Source of the DNA: Mobula hypostoma
Lineage: Eukaryota
Direction: 5' to 3'
Assembly (NCBI RefSeq): GCF_963921235.1
Contig: NC_086098.1
Coordinates: forward strand, 5,704,001-5,768,000
Length of the DNA: 64,000 nt
Shown: positions 12,501-24,677 of the stretch, in pieces
Numbering within the stretch: position 1 is the first letter of the stretch
How the letters are laid out: every line of letters starts with the position of its first letter
The notes under the pieces: generated by a model
What the model saw: the letters and a program-made list of their open reading frames with translations, nothing else
What the model was told of the DNA's origin: nothing
The model's database searches: none
Position numbers and translations under genes: made by a program

Positions 12501-13083
12501 GCCAGGATATTGGACCCCTCGGATTCAAGTGCAACCCGTCCTTCTTGTACAGGTCACACCTGCCCCAAAAGAGGTCCTAATGATCCAGAAATCTGAATCC
12601 CTGCCCCCTGCTCCAATCCCTCAGCCACGCATTTATCCTCCACCTCATTCTATTCCTATATTCCTTGTCACGTGGCACAGGCAGCAATCCCGAGATTACT
12701 ATCTTTGAGGTCCTTTTTCTCAACTTTCTTCCTAACTCCCTGTAGTCTCTTTTCAGGACTTCCTCCCTTTTCCTGCCTATGTTGATGGTATCAATATGTA
12801 TCATGACCTCTGGCTGTTCTCCTTCCCACTTCAAGATATCATGGACGTGATCAGAAACATCCCGGACCCTGGCACCTGGGAAGGAAACTATCATCTGCGT
12901 TTCTTTCCTGTGTCCACAGAATCGCCTATCTGATCCTATAGAGTTCCCTCTCACTGCTGCCATACTCTTCCTTTCCCTACCCTTCTGAGCCATAGGGCCA
13001 GACTCTGTGCCGGAGGCACGACCACTGTTGCTTCCCCCAGGTAAGCCATCCCCCCCCCAACAGTACTCAAACAGGAGTACTTG
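9503..13083 (-). mobile_element. CR1 LINE: ORF1 SGNH-esterase region + ORF2 (APE + RT), decayed
   Basis: 12577-13080 reads FPGARVRDV...PEVMIHIDTINIG...IVISGLLPVP (CR1 ORF1 esterase). Further ORFs carry GVFYRPPNS, VVVVGDFNFP, PTRGEAVLDL, NYRPVSLTS and KFADDTK. Confidence 0.95.
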
Positions 13084-13144
13084 TTTTTTGTTCGTGGTCT
13101 TCTGTTGCTGTAGCCCATCCACTTCAAGGATCAACATGTTAAAC

Positions 13145-13585
13145 CATAAGTCTATAAGACATAGGAGCAGAATTGGGCCATTTGGCCCATCGGGTCTGCT
13201 CCTCACTATATCATTCCTCCTTATCTCCATTTTAAAAGGACATTCCCTATACTGAGGCTATGCCCTCTGCTCTCAGATTTCCCCCGCCATAAGTAACACC
13301 CTCTACACATCTACCATATTTAGTCCTTTCAGCATTTGCTAGGTTTCAATGAGACTCCCCCTTATTCTTCTGAATTTCTGTGCGCGTAGGCCCAGAGCGA
13401 TCAAACATTCCTCATAGGATATGTCTTTGAATTGTTTTTGTGAATCTTCATTGAACTCTCCCCAATGTTAGCATATCATTCCTGAGATAGGGGCTCCAAA
13501 ACAGCTCACAATAAGGCCCCTGTGAGGCCTCATCAGTTCCTTATAAAGCCTCAACATTACATATTTGCTTTTATATTCCAGTCCG
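13145..13585 (-). mobile_element. CR1 3' fragment inserted in a MITE remnant (13090-13810)
   Basis: CR1 tail ATAAGACATAGGAGCAGAATTGGGCC. The flanks match the MITE body. Confidence 0.75.
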
Positions 13586-13894
13586 CCCTCTCAGAGTTTG
13601 TACGTTCAGCATTGCTCTTCTGCATGCCATTGATGTATCTCATGGTTATTTGAGTTACAGTTGTCTTACTGTCAGCCTGAACCAGTCTGGCCATTCTCCT
13701 CTGACATCTCTCACTAGCAAAGCACCTTCACCCACAGAACAGTCGCTCACTGGATGTTTTTTTAATTTTTTGCACCATTCTCTATAAATTCTAGACTACT
13801 GTGCGTGAATTCCGAGATTAGGAAAGCCAGGAGGGGTCATAAAAAAGTTCTTGGCAAGTACAATTAAAGAGAATTCCAAGGCATTCTAAATATA

Positions 13895-15207
13895 AAAATT
13901 GCAGTCAACAGGATGAGTTGCAACATAAAAGGTGGACAAGATTGAGAAGGGTGAATACAGGACTGATAGTGTTGTATTTGAATGCACGCAGTATATGGAA
14001 TAAGGTAAATGAACTTGTAGCACAGTTGCAGATTGACAGGTATGATGTTGTAGATATCACTGAGTTATGGCTGAAAGAAAATTATAGTTGGGAGCTTAAT
14101 GTCCAAGGATACACATTGTATTAAAAGGACAGCAGGAAGGTAGAGAGGGTGGTATTGCTCTGTTGGTAAAACAATGAAATCAAATCATCAAAAAGAGGTG
14201 ACATTGGGTTGGAAGGTGTTAAATCATTGTGGATAGAGCTAAGGAACTGCAAGGGTAAAAAGATCCTGATGGGAATTGTATACAAACCCCCAAACAGTAG
14301 TAAGGATGCGACCTACAAATTACAACGGGAGATAGAAAATGCATGCCAAAAGGACAATGTTACAACAGACGTGGGGGATTTAAATATGCAGGTAGTTTGG
14401 AAAAATCAGGTTGGTGCTGGATTCCAGGAGGGGGAGTTACTGGTGTGCCCTCAAGATGGTTTTTTAGAGCAGCTTGTGGTTGAGCCCATGAGGGAACCAA
14501 CAATTCTGGATTTGTTGTTGTGCAATGAACCAGGATTTATTAGGGAGCTTAAGGTAAAAGAACATTCAGGGGAAGCGATCATACTATAATTGAATTCATT
14601 CTGAAATTTGAGAAGCAGATGCAAAAGTCAGATGTATCAGTATTTCAGTGGAGTAAAGGGAATTACAGAGGCATGAGGGAGGAGTTGGCCAGAATTGACT
14701 GGAAAAGAACACTGGCAGGGATGATGGCAGAGCAGCAATGGCTGGAATTTCTAGAAGCAATTCAGAAAGCACGGGATATATTCATCACAAAGAGGAACAA
14801 ATATTCTAAAGGAAAGATGACAACTGCGGCGAACAAGAGAAGTCAAAGCTAACATAAAAGTCAAATAAGGCAAAATTTAGTGGGAAGTTAGAGGATTGGG
14901 AAACTTTTAAAAACCAATGGAAGGCAACTAAGAAAGTCATTTAGAAAGTGAAGATAGAATACGAAAGTAAGCTAGGATAAAGAGGATATCAAAAATTTCT
15001 TCAGGTACAGAAACTGTAAAAGAGAGGTGAGAGTGGATATTGGACCACTGGAAAATGATGTTGGAGAGGTAGTAATGGGGGACAGCAAAATGGCAGATGA
15101 ATTAATAAGTATTTTGCCTCAGTTTTTGTGTGGTAGACACGAGCAGAATGGTAGAAGTTCCATGTGTCAGGGGTCATGAAATGTGTGAAGTTACCATAAC
15201 TAGAGAG
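13895..15207 (+). mobile_element. CR1 ORF2 endonuclease-region fragment
   Basis: ORFs show YLNARSIWNK, ITELWL, GIVYKPPNS, VGDLN and WSKGNY. Confidence 0.9.
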
Positions 15208-15405
15208 AACAAATAAGAGGAAAATCTGCAGATGCTGGAAATCCAAGCAACACATACAAAATGCCGGAGGAACTCAGTCGGCCAGGCATTGTCTATGGAA
15301 AAGAGTACAGTCGATGAAGGATCTCAGTCTGAAACATTGACTGTACATTTTTCCATAGATGCTGCCTGGCCTGCTGAGTTCCTCCAGCATTTTGTGTGTG
15401 TTGGA
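15208..15405. mobile_element. Penelope pseudo-LTR fold-back fragment with a degenerate hammerhead core in the loop
   Basis: Arms CAACACATACAAAATGCCGGAGGAACTCAG...GTACAGTC and GACTGTAC...CTGAGTTCCTCCAGCATTTTGTGTGTGTTG are inverted. Both are homologous to 44640-44705. Confidence 0.75.
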
Positions 15406-15470
15406 TGTGTTCCTTAATGATTACATTAGTGTTTACCAAGAAGAAGGACATAGTGATAGGAATATCAGTT

Positions 15471-16120
15471 TTATTATTATTATGATTATGAGGACGCGCA
15501 GTCCCTTTTATTGTCATTTAGTAATGCATGCATTAAGAAATATAAAATGTTTTTTCCAGAATGATATCACGAAAACACATGACAAACTGATTTAAAAACT
15601 AACAAAAACCACATAATTATAACATATAGTTCCAACAGTGCAAAGCAATACCGTAATTTGATAAGAACAGATCATGGCACAGTAAAAGTCTCAAAGTCTC
15701 TTGAAAGTCCCATCATCTCACACAGACGGTGAACCTCCAGCGCCGCAAACTTGCCAATGCAGCATTCTGGAAGCATCCAACCACAGTCCGACTCCAAGTC
15801 CGTCTGAAAACTTCGAGCCTCCGACCAGCTGTCCGACACCGAGCACCGAGCACCATCTCTGCCGTGCGCTTCGACCCCGGCCCTGGCAACGGGCAATAGG
15901 CAAAGCCGAGGATTTGGGGCCTTCGTCTCCGGAGATTCTCGATCGCACATTAGCAGCAGCAGCGAAGCAGGCATTTCAGAAGTTACTCCAGATGTTCCTC
16001 TGCGCTTCTCATGGCTGTCTCCATCAAATCCAAATCCGGATTGTGCACGGCCTCTAGTTACACATAATCGATATTCATTCGGAACGGCTGCGCACGCTGC
16101 GTCGCGCCGTCATCTTCTCT
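15471..16120 (-). mobile_element. GC/CpG-rich non-autonomous LINE-like element
   Basis: The minus strand begins AAGATGACGGCGCGACGCAGCG and ends TGACAATAAAAG...CATAAT(AAT)n. It interrupts a CR1 and has no credible ORF. Confidence 0.55.
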
Positions 16121-16134
16121 TCCCCCCCTTCTGA

Positions 16135-17780
16135 GAGTATTATTATTTTACGGCATTTCAAAATAAAGGAGGAGGTAGTGTTGGGTCTCTTAAAGAGAAT
16201 TAAGGTGGATCAGTCTCCAGGGCCTGGTGAGATACACCCCAGGTTACTGAGGGAGCATGTGAATAAGATTACTGGGGCCCTGTCCAGTATCTTTGTGTCC
16301 TCCTTAGCCACAGGCAAGGTCCCAGAGGACTGGCAAGTAGCTAATGTTGTTCCATTATTCAAGAAAAGAACCAGGGATAATCCTGGCAACTATGGACTAG
16401 GGAGTCTCACGTCAGTGCTGGGGAAATTACTGGAGTGAATTCTTAAGGATTTATGAGCAGTTGGAAAACCATGGTATTATTAGTGAAAGCCAGCATGGTT
16501 CTGTGTGGGGAAGTTGTATCTTACTAACCTGATTGAGTTCTTTGACAAGGTGATGAGGTGATTGATGAAGGAAGAGATGTAGATGTTTTCTACATGGATT
16601 TTGGTAAGGTGTTTCACAAGGCTTCTCATGGCAGGCTCATTCAGATAATTAAGACCCATAGGGTCAATGCTGAATTGACTGTTTGGATTCAGAACTGGTT
16701 TGCACATAGAAGACAGAGTCTGCTGGTTGAAGGGACTTATTCCAGCTAGAGGTCTGTGATTAGTGGTATTCCGCAGGGATCTGTACTGGGACCTCTGCTG
16801 TTTGTGACGTATATCAACCAATATCCCCCAGGATCAATAAAGTATGACTATGACTATGACTATGACTATAAGTGACTGGATGAAAATGTGGATTGATTGA
16901 TTAGTATGCTTGCAGATGAAACAAAGACTGGTGGTGTTGTGGATAGCACAGAGAACTGGCAAAGAAAAGATCAGGATTATAGATTGGGTTAGGGTTAGGG
17001 ACTGTGGCAGATGCGGAATTTAACCCAGTTAAATTTGAAGTGTTGCATCTTGGTACGTCTAACATAAAGAGAAAGTACACTGTAAGACCCTTATCAGTGT
17101 TGATGAGCAGAGGGATTTTGTAGTCTAAGGTTATAGGCTACACAGGTCGATAGGGTGGTTAAGTAGGCTTATGCCATGCTCACCTTTGTTAGTCAAGGCA
17201 TTGAGTTCACAAGTTAGGAAGTTACATTGCAGATTTTTAAGCCGTAGTTAGGCCTCATCTGGAGTATTGCACACTGTTCTGGTTGCCCCATTATAGGAAG
17301 GATGTTGAAACTTTGGAGAGGGTGCAGAAGAGGTTTACCAGAATACTGCCTGAATTAGAGGGCATGCGAAGTTGATATCAAGGAGCATCAGAGGCTAAGG
17401 GGAGATCTGATCGAGGTTTATAAGATCATAAGAGGCATTGACAGAGTAAACAGACAGTGTCTTTCTCCCAGGGTTGAAATGTTTAATACCAGAGGGTGTG
17501 TATTTAAGGCGAGGGAGGAGAAGTACAAAGGAGATGTGAGGGGCAAGTTTTTATGCAGAGAGTTGTGGGTACCAGGAGTGATGGTAGAGGCAGATACAAT
17601 AGGGGCTTTTAAGGGACTGAGAGGTAGGCACATGAATGTAAGGAACATGGAAGGAAATGGACATTGTGTAGGCAGAAGAGTTTAGTTCAGTTGGCCATTT
17701 AATTACTAAGTTAAATGGTTCAGCACAATAGTGAGGGCTGAAGGGCCTGTTCCTGCGCTGTAGTGTTCTATGTTCTTCTA
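16135..17780 (+). mobile_element. CR1 RT + 3' end, decayed (upstream pieces at 13813-13890 and 15411-15470)
   Basis: QSPGPGEIHPR, WQVANVVPLFKK, YMDFGKVF, and a 3' tail TGTTCTATGTTCT. Confidence 0.9.
16820..16870 (+). mobile_element. ~50-bp 3'-terminal stub of a Rex1/Babar element with (ATGACT)n tail
   Basis: CCCCCAGGATCAATAAAGTATGACTATGACT... matches the reverse complement of the tail at 18143-18187. Confidence 0.7.
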
Positions 17781-18142
17781 GAGCCAATATAGCATGCCCA
17801 CAACTCACTAACCCTACCACACGTGTCAGAATGTGTTCACTGTTTGGTGTGCTTATAACGCAGGATCTCTTCAAGCAGCTCTTGGTGTTTGTTGGGTAAA
17901 TTCTGAAAGAACAGAGGAACGGTACAACAAGCATACAACCTCAGACTGAATATATTTTTCTTCAAAATAAACTTTATTGATGATAAAATTGTTTACAAGA
18001 ATAAGCCATGCAATGTCTTCATTCCTGCATCCAGTGTAGAGTGCCCTTCTGCTTCAAAATGTCCACCATTGTCTCTGTACTAAAAAAGTCCAAGATAACA
18101 TGTCTAAACGACTGGCATCCTGCCACACTCACCTCAATAACA

Positions 18143-18622
18143 GTCATAGGCATAATCATAGTCATACTTTATTGATCCCAGGGGAAATTGGTTTTTGTTA
18201 CAGTTGCACCATAAATAATTAAATAGTAATAAAACCATAAATAGTTAAATAGTAATATGTAAATTATGCCAGGAAATAAGTCCAGGACCAGCCTATTGGC
18301 TCAAGGTGTCTGACCCTCCAAGGGAGGAGTTGTAAAGTTTGATGGCCACAGGCAGGAATGACTTCCTATGACGCTCTGTGTTGCACCTCAGTGGAATGAG
18401 TCTCTGGCTGAATGTACTCCTGTGCCCAACCAGTACATTATGTAGTGGATGGGAGACATTGACCAAGATGGCATGCAACTTGCACAGCACCCTCTTTTCA
18501 GACACCACTGTGAGAGAGTCCAGTTCCATCCCCACAACATCACTGGCCTTACGAATGAGTTTGTTGATTCTCTTGGTGTCTGCTACCCTCAGCCTGCTGC
18601 CCCAGCACACAACAGCAAACAC
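18143..18622 (-). mobile_element. Rex1/Babar LINE 3' fragment
   Basis: ORF 18293-18652: FAVVCWGS...NKLIRKAS..VG...SHPLH...RCNTERHRKSFLPVAIKLYN. Confidence 0.85.
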
Positions 18623-18959
18623 GATAAGCACGTGCTTTGAGAGGCTGGTCAAGGATTACATCTGCAGCATCCTGCCACCCACTCTGGACCCTCTACAATT
18701 CGCCTACTGACACAACTGATCCGCGGATGACGCAATAGCCACAGCTCTACACGCTGTCCTTACACATCTGGAGAAGAAGAATGCTTATGTGAGAAAGCTG
18801 TTCTTGGACTACATTATGCTATGCAGTTATCTTTTTTCAGTATTTCCACAGTTTATCTTGTTTGCAGATTGGTTGCTTGCTTGTCTTTGTGTGTAGCTTT
18901 TCACTGATTCTATTGCATTTCCCCTTTTCTATTGTGAAGGCCCGTAAGGAAAATGCGCG

Positions 18960-19240
18960 CATGGGCACTACGATAGCCTAGCATTCAGCACAATGCTTTT
19001 ACGTTGCAGTTCTGAGTTCAGTTCTGGTGCCGTCTGTAAGGAATTTGTACTTTCTCCCTGTGAGTGCAAGTGTTTCCTATGGACGCTCCAGTTTGTTCAT
19101 ACAGTCTAAAGATGTACTGGGTAGTAGGTTAATTGGTCATTGTAAATTGTTCTGTGATTAGGCTGGGGTTAAGTAGGTGGTTGGCTGCGCAATGTGATTT
19201 GAAAGGCTGGAAGGGCCTGTCCCATGCTGAAACTCCAAAC
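18960..19240 (+). mobile_element. HE1/V-SINE-like tRNA SINE
   Basis: Decayed tRNA head, V-domain-like GTTTCCT...GCTCCAGTTT...CAGTCTAAAGATGT, and CR1-like tail GAAGGGCCTGT. Confidence 0.65.
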
Positions 19241-19864
19241 AGAATGAATCTCAGGGTACTATATGTTGATATATATGTATTTTGATAAAAATTAACTTTG
19301 AACTTTTTTGTCAGTTCTGAGGGTCCATCAAAGCCGAGATTTATTGCTCAGCTCCAGTTTCACTGAGAACATGCTGTTAAGTTTTCTCTTAAGTCAACAC
19401 AGCATGGATTTATTAACTCACTAAATCAGAACTTTAAAAACAAAACACAGACAGGTTAGAAAGAAACTGGTTTCAAACATTCTGAGGAGAAATCAGAAGG
19501 GAAGATGAGTGCTAGGTCGGAAAGCTGATGGGCTGAAACGACTCATGGGATGATAGCTCACAAGGAAAGAGGTGGTCATGGTGATTCAGGGAACAAAAGC
19601 ACACCCTGAAGGAGATATAAAAAGAGGAGGCAAAATGATTCTACGAAATTCCGAAAGAAAATAAACTCCAGAGGAAGGAAAATTCCAGAAGAAACAAAAT
19701 CCAGCCAGTTCCTCTTTTTTAATCACAGTGCTATTTAGCAGCACAGGGCCTTCGATCCATGATGATGTGCCAGCTTTTATTTTGAACAGAGTTAATTAAT
19801 CTGGCCCATCACGTTTGCTCTGCCATTTTAGCTGGCTGATCCATTTCCTTCTCAACCCCATTGA

Positions 19865-20747
19865 AACATTACACCATAAGACATAGAAGCAGAATTAGGC
19901 CATTCAGCCCATTGAGTCTGTTCTGCCATTCCACCACGGCTTATCCTGAATCCCACTCAATTCCATTCATCTGCTCTTTCACCATACCTTTAAATATACC
20001 CTTGGTCCTGGCCTTCACAGCTGTCTGTGGCAGAGCGTTCCACAGATTCACCACTCCCCGACTAAAAAATCCCCTCCTCAACTCTATTCTAATTTTGAGG
20101 CTGTACCCTCTAGTTCTGGATACACCCACCAAGGGAAACATTCTCTTCATGTCCACCTTATCTAGTACTTTCAACATTCGGTAGGTTTCAATTAAACCCT
20201 CCGCATTCTTCTAAATTCCAACATTAACACTTCTAATATGTTAATCCCTTCATTCCCAGAATCATCCTCGTGAAATTCCTCTGGACTGTCTCCAATGACA
20301 GCACATCCTTTCTGAGATATGGGGCCCAAAACTGTTGACAATACTCTAAGTGCAGCCTGACTAGTGTCTTACAACGCCTCAGTGTTATCTCCTTGCTTTT
20401 GTATTCTACTCCCCTTGAAAAAAAAATGCCAACATTGCATTTGTCTTCTTCACCACAGACTCAAACCGTAAATTAATCTTCTGGGGTCTTGCACAAGGAC
20501 TCCTAAGTTCCTTTCCACCTCTGATGTTTGAATTTTCTTCCCATTTAGATAATAGTCTGCACTTTAGTACCTTTTACCAAAATGCATTATCACACATTTC
20601 CCAACTCTGTATTCCATCTGCCACTGTTTTGCCCATTCTTCCAATTTGTCTAAGTCCTCCTGCAATCACAATGCTTCCTCAGTATTACCTGCCCCTCCAC
20701 CTATCTTTGTATCATTTGCAAACTTTGCCACAAAGACATCAATTTCT
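19865..20747 (-). mobile_element. CR1 3' part (continues at 31041-32650 beyond the L1 insertion)
   Basis: ORF 19941-20177 has RTRGYSLKI...VVNLWNALP. The RT sequence resumes after the duplicated CATCAATTTCT. Confidence 0.9.
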
Positions 20748-20843
20748 TTTCAATATTTTTATTAATTTTCTACATAAGAGAATACAGAGTTCAAGAAAAA
20801 AGAAATATCTCAAATACATTATACTGAATCGCACAAACTCCTT

Positions 20844-21333
20844 TCTTTCTTTCTTTCTTTTTAAGTCTTTTTATTAATTTTTCCAAAATTATAAACAAAA
20901 TAACAATGTTGATACAAAGAGATTGGAATAATCTTATTGTTAATAAACATATACTGAAAAGATTTCAAATAACACAGATATAATAGGCTTTCAAGCTCAT
21001 GATGTAATTAATCATAAAGAAAAAAAGAAATAAAAAGAAAAAAAAATACAAAGAAAATCCCCCCCAAAAAAAAGAAAAAGAAAAGAAATAAATGCTAAAC
21101 CCAAAAAAGAAACGGACTAGACCAATATCTTAAATCGAACACGTTCAGTAATGTTGTCAACTCCGCTCCTCTATTCGTAAATTTTAAGTTAATAAGAAGG
21201 ATTCGGAAAGGTCAAATTACATCATATGAAAATGTTGAATAAATGGTTTCTAAATTTCTTCAAATTTAACCGAAGGATCAAAAATATCACTTCTAATTTT
21301 TTCTAAATTTAAACATAATATAGTTTGGGAAGA
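20844..21333 (-). mobile_element. Second L1 3' fragment inserted into the 3' UTR of the first
   Basis: 12-bp TSD CACAAACTCCTT at 20832-20843 and 21334-21345. A-rich tail, with L1 C-terminal LNLEKI...FEEIxKPF-like remnant. Confidence 0.85.
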
Positions 21334-21694
21334 CACAAACTCCTTACTCTATATTCATGCAAATTGATTAATTCATAATATTGAAATGTAGTAAATTTAT
21401 TATATGGAAGAAAAATCTAACCCACTACCAATACTGAAGCTGATTAGTAAAGAAGAAAAAAGAAAAAAAATATATTATTAGCCATCATCTGTGCTTTAAC
21501 AGCAAATCAAAGGTTTTGAAGATAGTTCAGAAAAGGTCCCCACAAGGTTTGAAAGTCTTGATTAGATTCAGAAATTGAACACCAAATCTTCTCTAAATTT
21601 AAACATGACATCACAACACACAGCCATTGAATGTGAGTGGGTGGGACTGCATCTTTCCATTTAAGCTAAAGCACCCTCCTAGCCATAGTAGAGC

Positions 21695-24677
21695 TACTAG
21701 GACTTGATGTTTCAATCCCTATGGTAAGTCAGCACTCTCGATGTTGCCAGTGGGCTTGGAGTGGTGACAAGGAGGGAGGGTAGGTACGTTGTCGGAGTCA
21801 TCAGGTGGGTACCCTCCTTCTTTGACGTTTCGTTGATAAGCCCACGACATCTCCAGAGGGCTCAACGGTGCTACCTGGTGTCCCAGATACACCCCCTCAG
21901 TTCCATACCCTCCTGTCTTCATCTTGCAGCCCAGTTGTTGTCTTTCCTTTTAATCCAAATCCAATTGCTGCTTTCTTCTGCTGCGTTTGACAAGGACTTG
22001 ATTGCTTGTTGGAGGGAGTGACCCCTTACCCCCATCTTCTTCAATAGACTGGTCGTAGACGTAGCAACGAATCCCCTGCATCCCACTTCTTCAGGGAAAA
22101 TCTTGGTCTTCCAGCCAATCTGGGCAGCTTCAGCTGCCAGTTCAGAGTACGGTCTTTTTCCTCTCATAAGCTTCTTTGACACCATCTTCCCATGGTACTG
22201 TCAATTCCACAACCTATACCTGTGGTTGTTGTGGGCCACAGGATGATGTCTGGTCGGAGTGTTGTAACTGCAATGTCTGGGGGAAACACAAGCTTTTTTT
22301 TCCAAGTCCACGTCCATTTTCCAATCCCAAGCAACCTGCAGAACGCTTACAACTTTTGATGTTATATGGTGCTCTGGAGGTTGGCCTGCTGGTATAAACC
22401 GTGTGATATGGACATTTCCTGCCGATGTTTGTGGGACAGCATTTGTGGTGATTTGCCTCTGTTCCAAGATTGATGCCAGCTGTCTGAGAACTTGGTTATG
22501 CCGCCAAGTGTACCGCCCCTGGGTGAGGCTCGTGGTGCATCCTGTTAAAATGTGCCTTAGTGATCCAGGTGCTTGACAAAGAAAGCAAGCAGGGTCTTCT
22601 CCCCACCACTGGTTCAGGTTCTGGGGTGTGGGTAGGAGGTCATAAGTGGCTCTGATGACAAAACTTAGCCGAGATCCCTCCATCTCCCAGATGTCACGCC
22701 AGCTAAGTTTCCTCTTTTCCAGGCTTTCCCAATTCGTCCAGTGGCCCTGCTTGGCCATTGAGACGGCCCTGGCGTGTCGCTCTGCTCCCTCCTGTCTTCT
22801 CAACTCCTCCACCACGAGTTGTCTCTTCTGCACTGATGTTGCCTTGTGCCATTGAGGAGCCTTTGGGATGAGCCCGAGACCAGCTCTCCCAAGTTGGACT
22901 TGGCCAATCACATTCCTGAAGCGAAGAGCAGACTTAGCACTCTGAACGGCTTCACACGGGGTCCACTTCCTCCCCGTTACCACACGGGGGTCACTGCTCG
23001 AATAACAGTATCTTCAGATTCAGTGAGGGTCATGACCAACCTTGCTTTGGTGCATTTGAATTCTTCCACAAAACTTCCAATTGGTGATTCCAATTTGCCG
23101 TTCCCGTACAGTCCAACAGGACTTAAGCATCATGGAAGTCCAAGCCACTGTTTCACATGTGTGCTGATCACTCTTTCGAGATTTTCAACTTTGCCGATGG
23201 GGATTTCATACACTGTTAAAGGCCACATGAGTCTTGGGAGTCTGCCGAACTGGAAACACCACAGCTTGAGTTTTCCTGGCAGCCAGGTCTTGTTGATGCG
23301 AGCGATGTACATGATGGTATCGTTTTTTAGTTGTTTAAACTGCTCGGTGTCCTTTAGCATAACATCATACCATCGACCCAAGCTCTTCACTGGCATTTCT
23401 GACAGGGTCGGGACAGGTGTTCCGTCAATATGAAATCTTTGATCCGTGACTTGACCTTTGATGATGGAGATGCTTCTGCACTTGTTGGGCTTGAACTTCA
23501 TCCTCATCCATGTGATGTTTTGATGAAGCTTTTCCAGAAGTCTCTTGCTGCAGGGGACAGTTGTCGTCAGTATCATTATATCGTCTATATAGGCTCATAT
23601 CGGTGGTAACTGTTAACCAAACTGTAGCCCTTTTCCTCACGCAACCCATCTTGAGGCTCTGATAATGAGCTCCATTGCCATAGTGAAGGCCAAAGGGGAG
23701 ATGGTGCACCCCACCATGATGTGGTTGCCACGCTGTGGTGAAGTCTGATGTTGTGAGACAAACTTGCAGATCCTGGAAGTAGTGTTTTACCAGATTTGTT
23801 ATTGTTGCAGCACCTGAAAGAATTCAAAAGCAGTCCGCAGTAAGGAATGAGGAACTGATCCACAGGCGTTGGCCAGGTCGAGGAACAAGACATGCAGATC
23901 CTTTCTTTCTTTCTTAGCCATCTGGAGTGATGCCATATGATGCTGGTATGTTCAAGGCATCCCGAGAAACCCGCTATTCCTGCCTTTTGGATTGACGTAT
24001 CAATAAAATGGTTTTGTTTCAGATATTTTGTAAGTCTTTGTGCCAACACGCTGAAAAAGATCTTGCCCTCTATGTTCAGAAGGTTTATTTGGCGAAACTG
24101 CTCAATGGTGGACGAATTATTTTCTTTTGGGATCAGAACTTCCCCTGCTCTTCTCCAGGCTTTGGAGGTAACTTGCTTTTCCCACGCAACCCTGATGTTT
24201 TTCCAAAGGAATTTCTGAACATCTGGGGTGTTCTTGTAGACACAATACGGAACACCGTTAGGGCCTGGCGCTGATGCCAATCTTGCCTTCTTCACTGCCT
24301 GTTTCACCTCGCTCAGCTTGGGAGGGCTGATGTTAAATTCATGTTGTGGGGGTGAGATTGGTGGGATGCCAGCTGGGACAACTATCGGTTTATCTTTTTC
24401 CTTATCAGTATGGATGATTCCGAGATGTTTTTCAACTTCCTCTTTTGATAATTTCAAGTATCCGCTTTTCTCTTTTGTGAAAATGCCTTTCACATATTTA
24501 AAGGGATCTTTGTAGAAGTCTGTTCTTGCTTTTCCCTCCTTTTTGTGTCGTTTCCTTAAATTCTCTGCTCTGCGCAGCTTCGAGAGCCTCTGTTTTAGGT
24601 CCTCTTGAAGGAAGTTGATGCCCTCCCTTTCTCCTGCTGTTGCTTTTTTCCACGACTTCCTCAGGCCTCTTCTCTCT
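21695..24677 (-). mobile_element. HERO-clade (RT + restriction-like endonuclease) non-LTR retrotransposon, 5'-truncated, decayed
   Basis: ASAPGPNGVPY, FRQINLLNIEGKIFF, IDTSIQKAGIAGFSGCLEH, LPGKLKLWC, CFLC..HILTGC..GRYTWRHNQVL and EVGCRGF. Confidence 0.9.

Larger units (their letters stand above)
18025..19305 (+). mobile_element. Rex1/Babar LINE fragment, interrupted by 18143-18622 and a SINE at 18960-19240
   Basis: Reads STIVSVLKK..TCLNDW..TLTSI and then ISTCFERLVKDYICSILPPTLDPLQFAY. 3' tail ends ACTTTGAACTT. Confidence 0.8.

Noticed and set aside
16841..16870. (ATGACT)n array as a CRISPR or satellite
   Set aside because: No spacers; it is a LINE 3' tail microsatellite.
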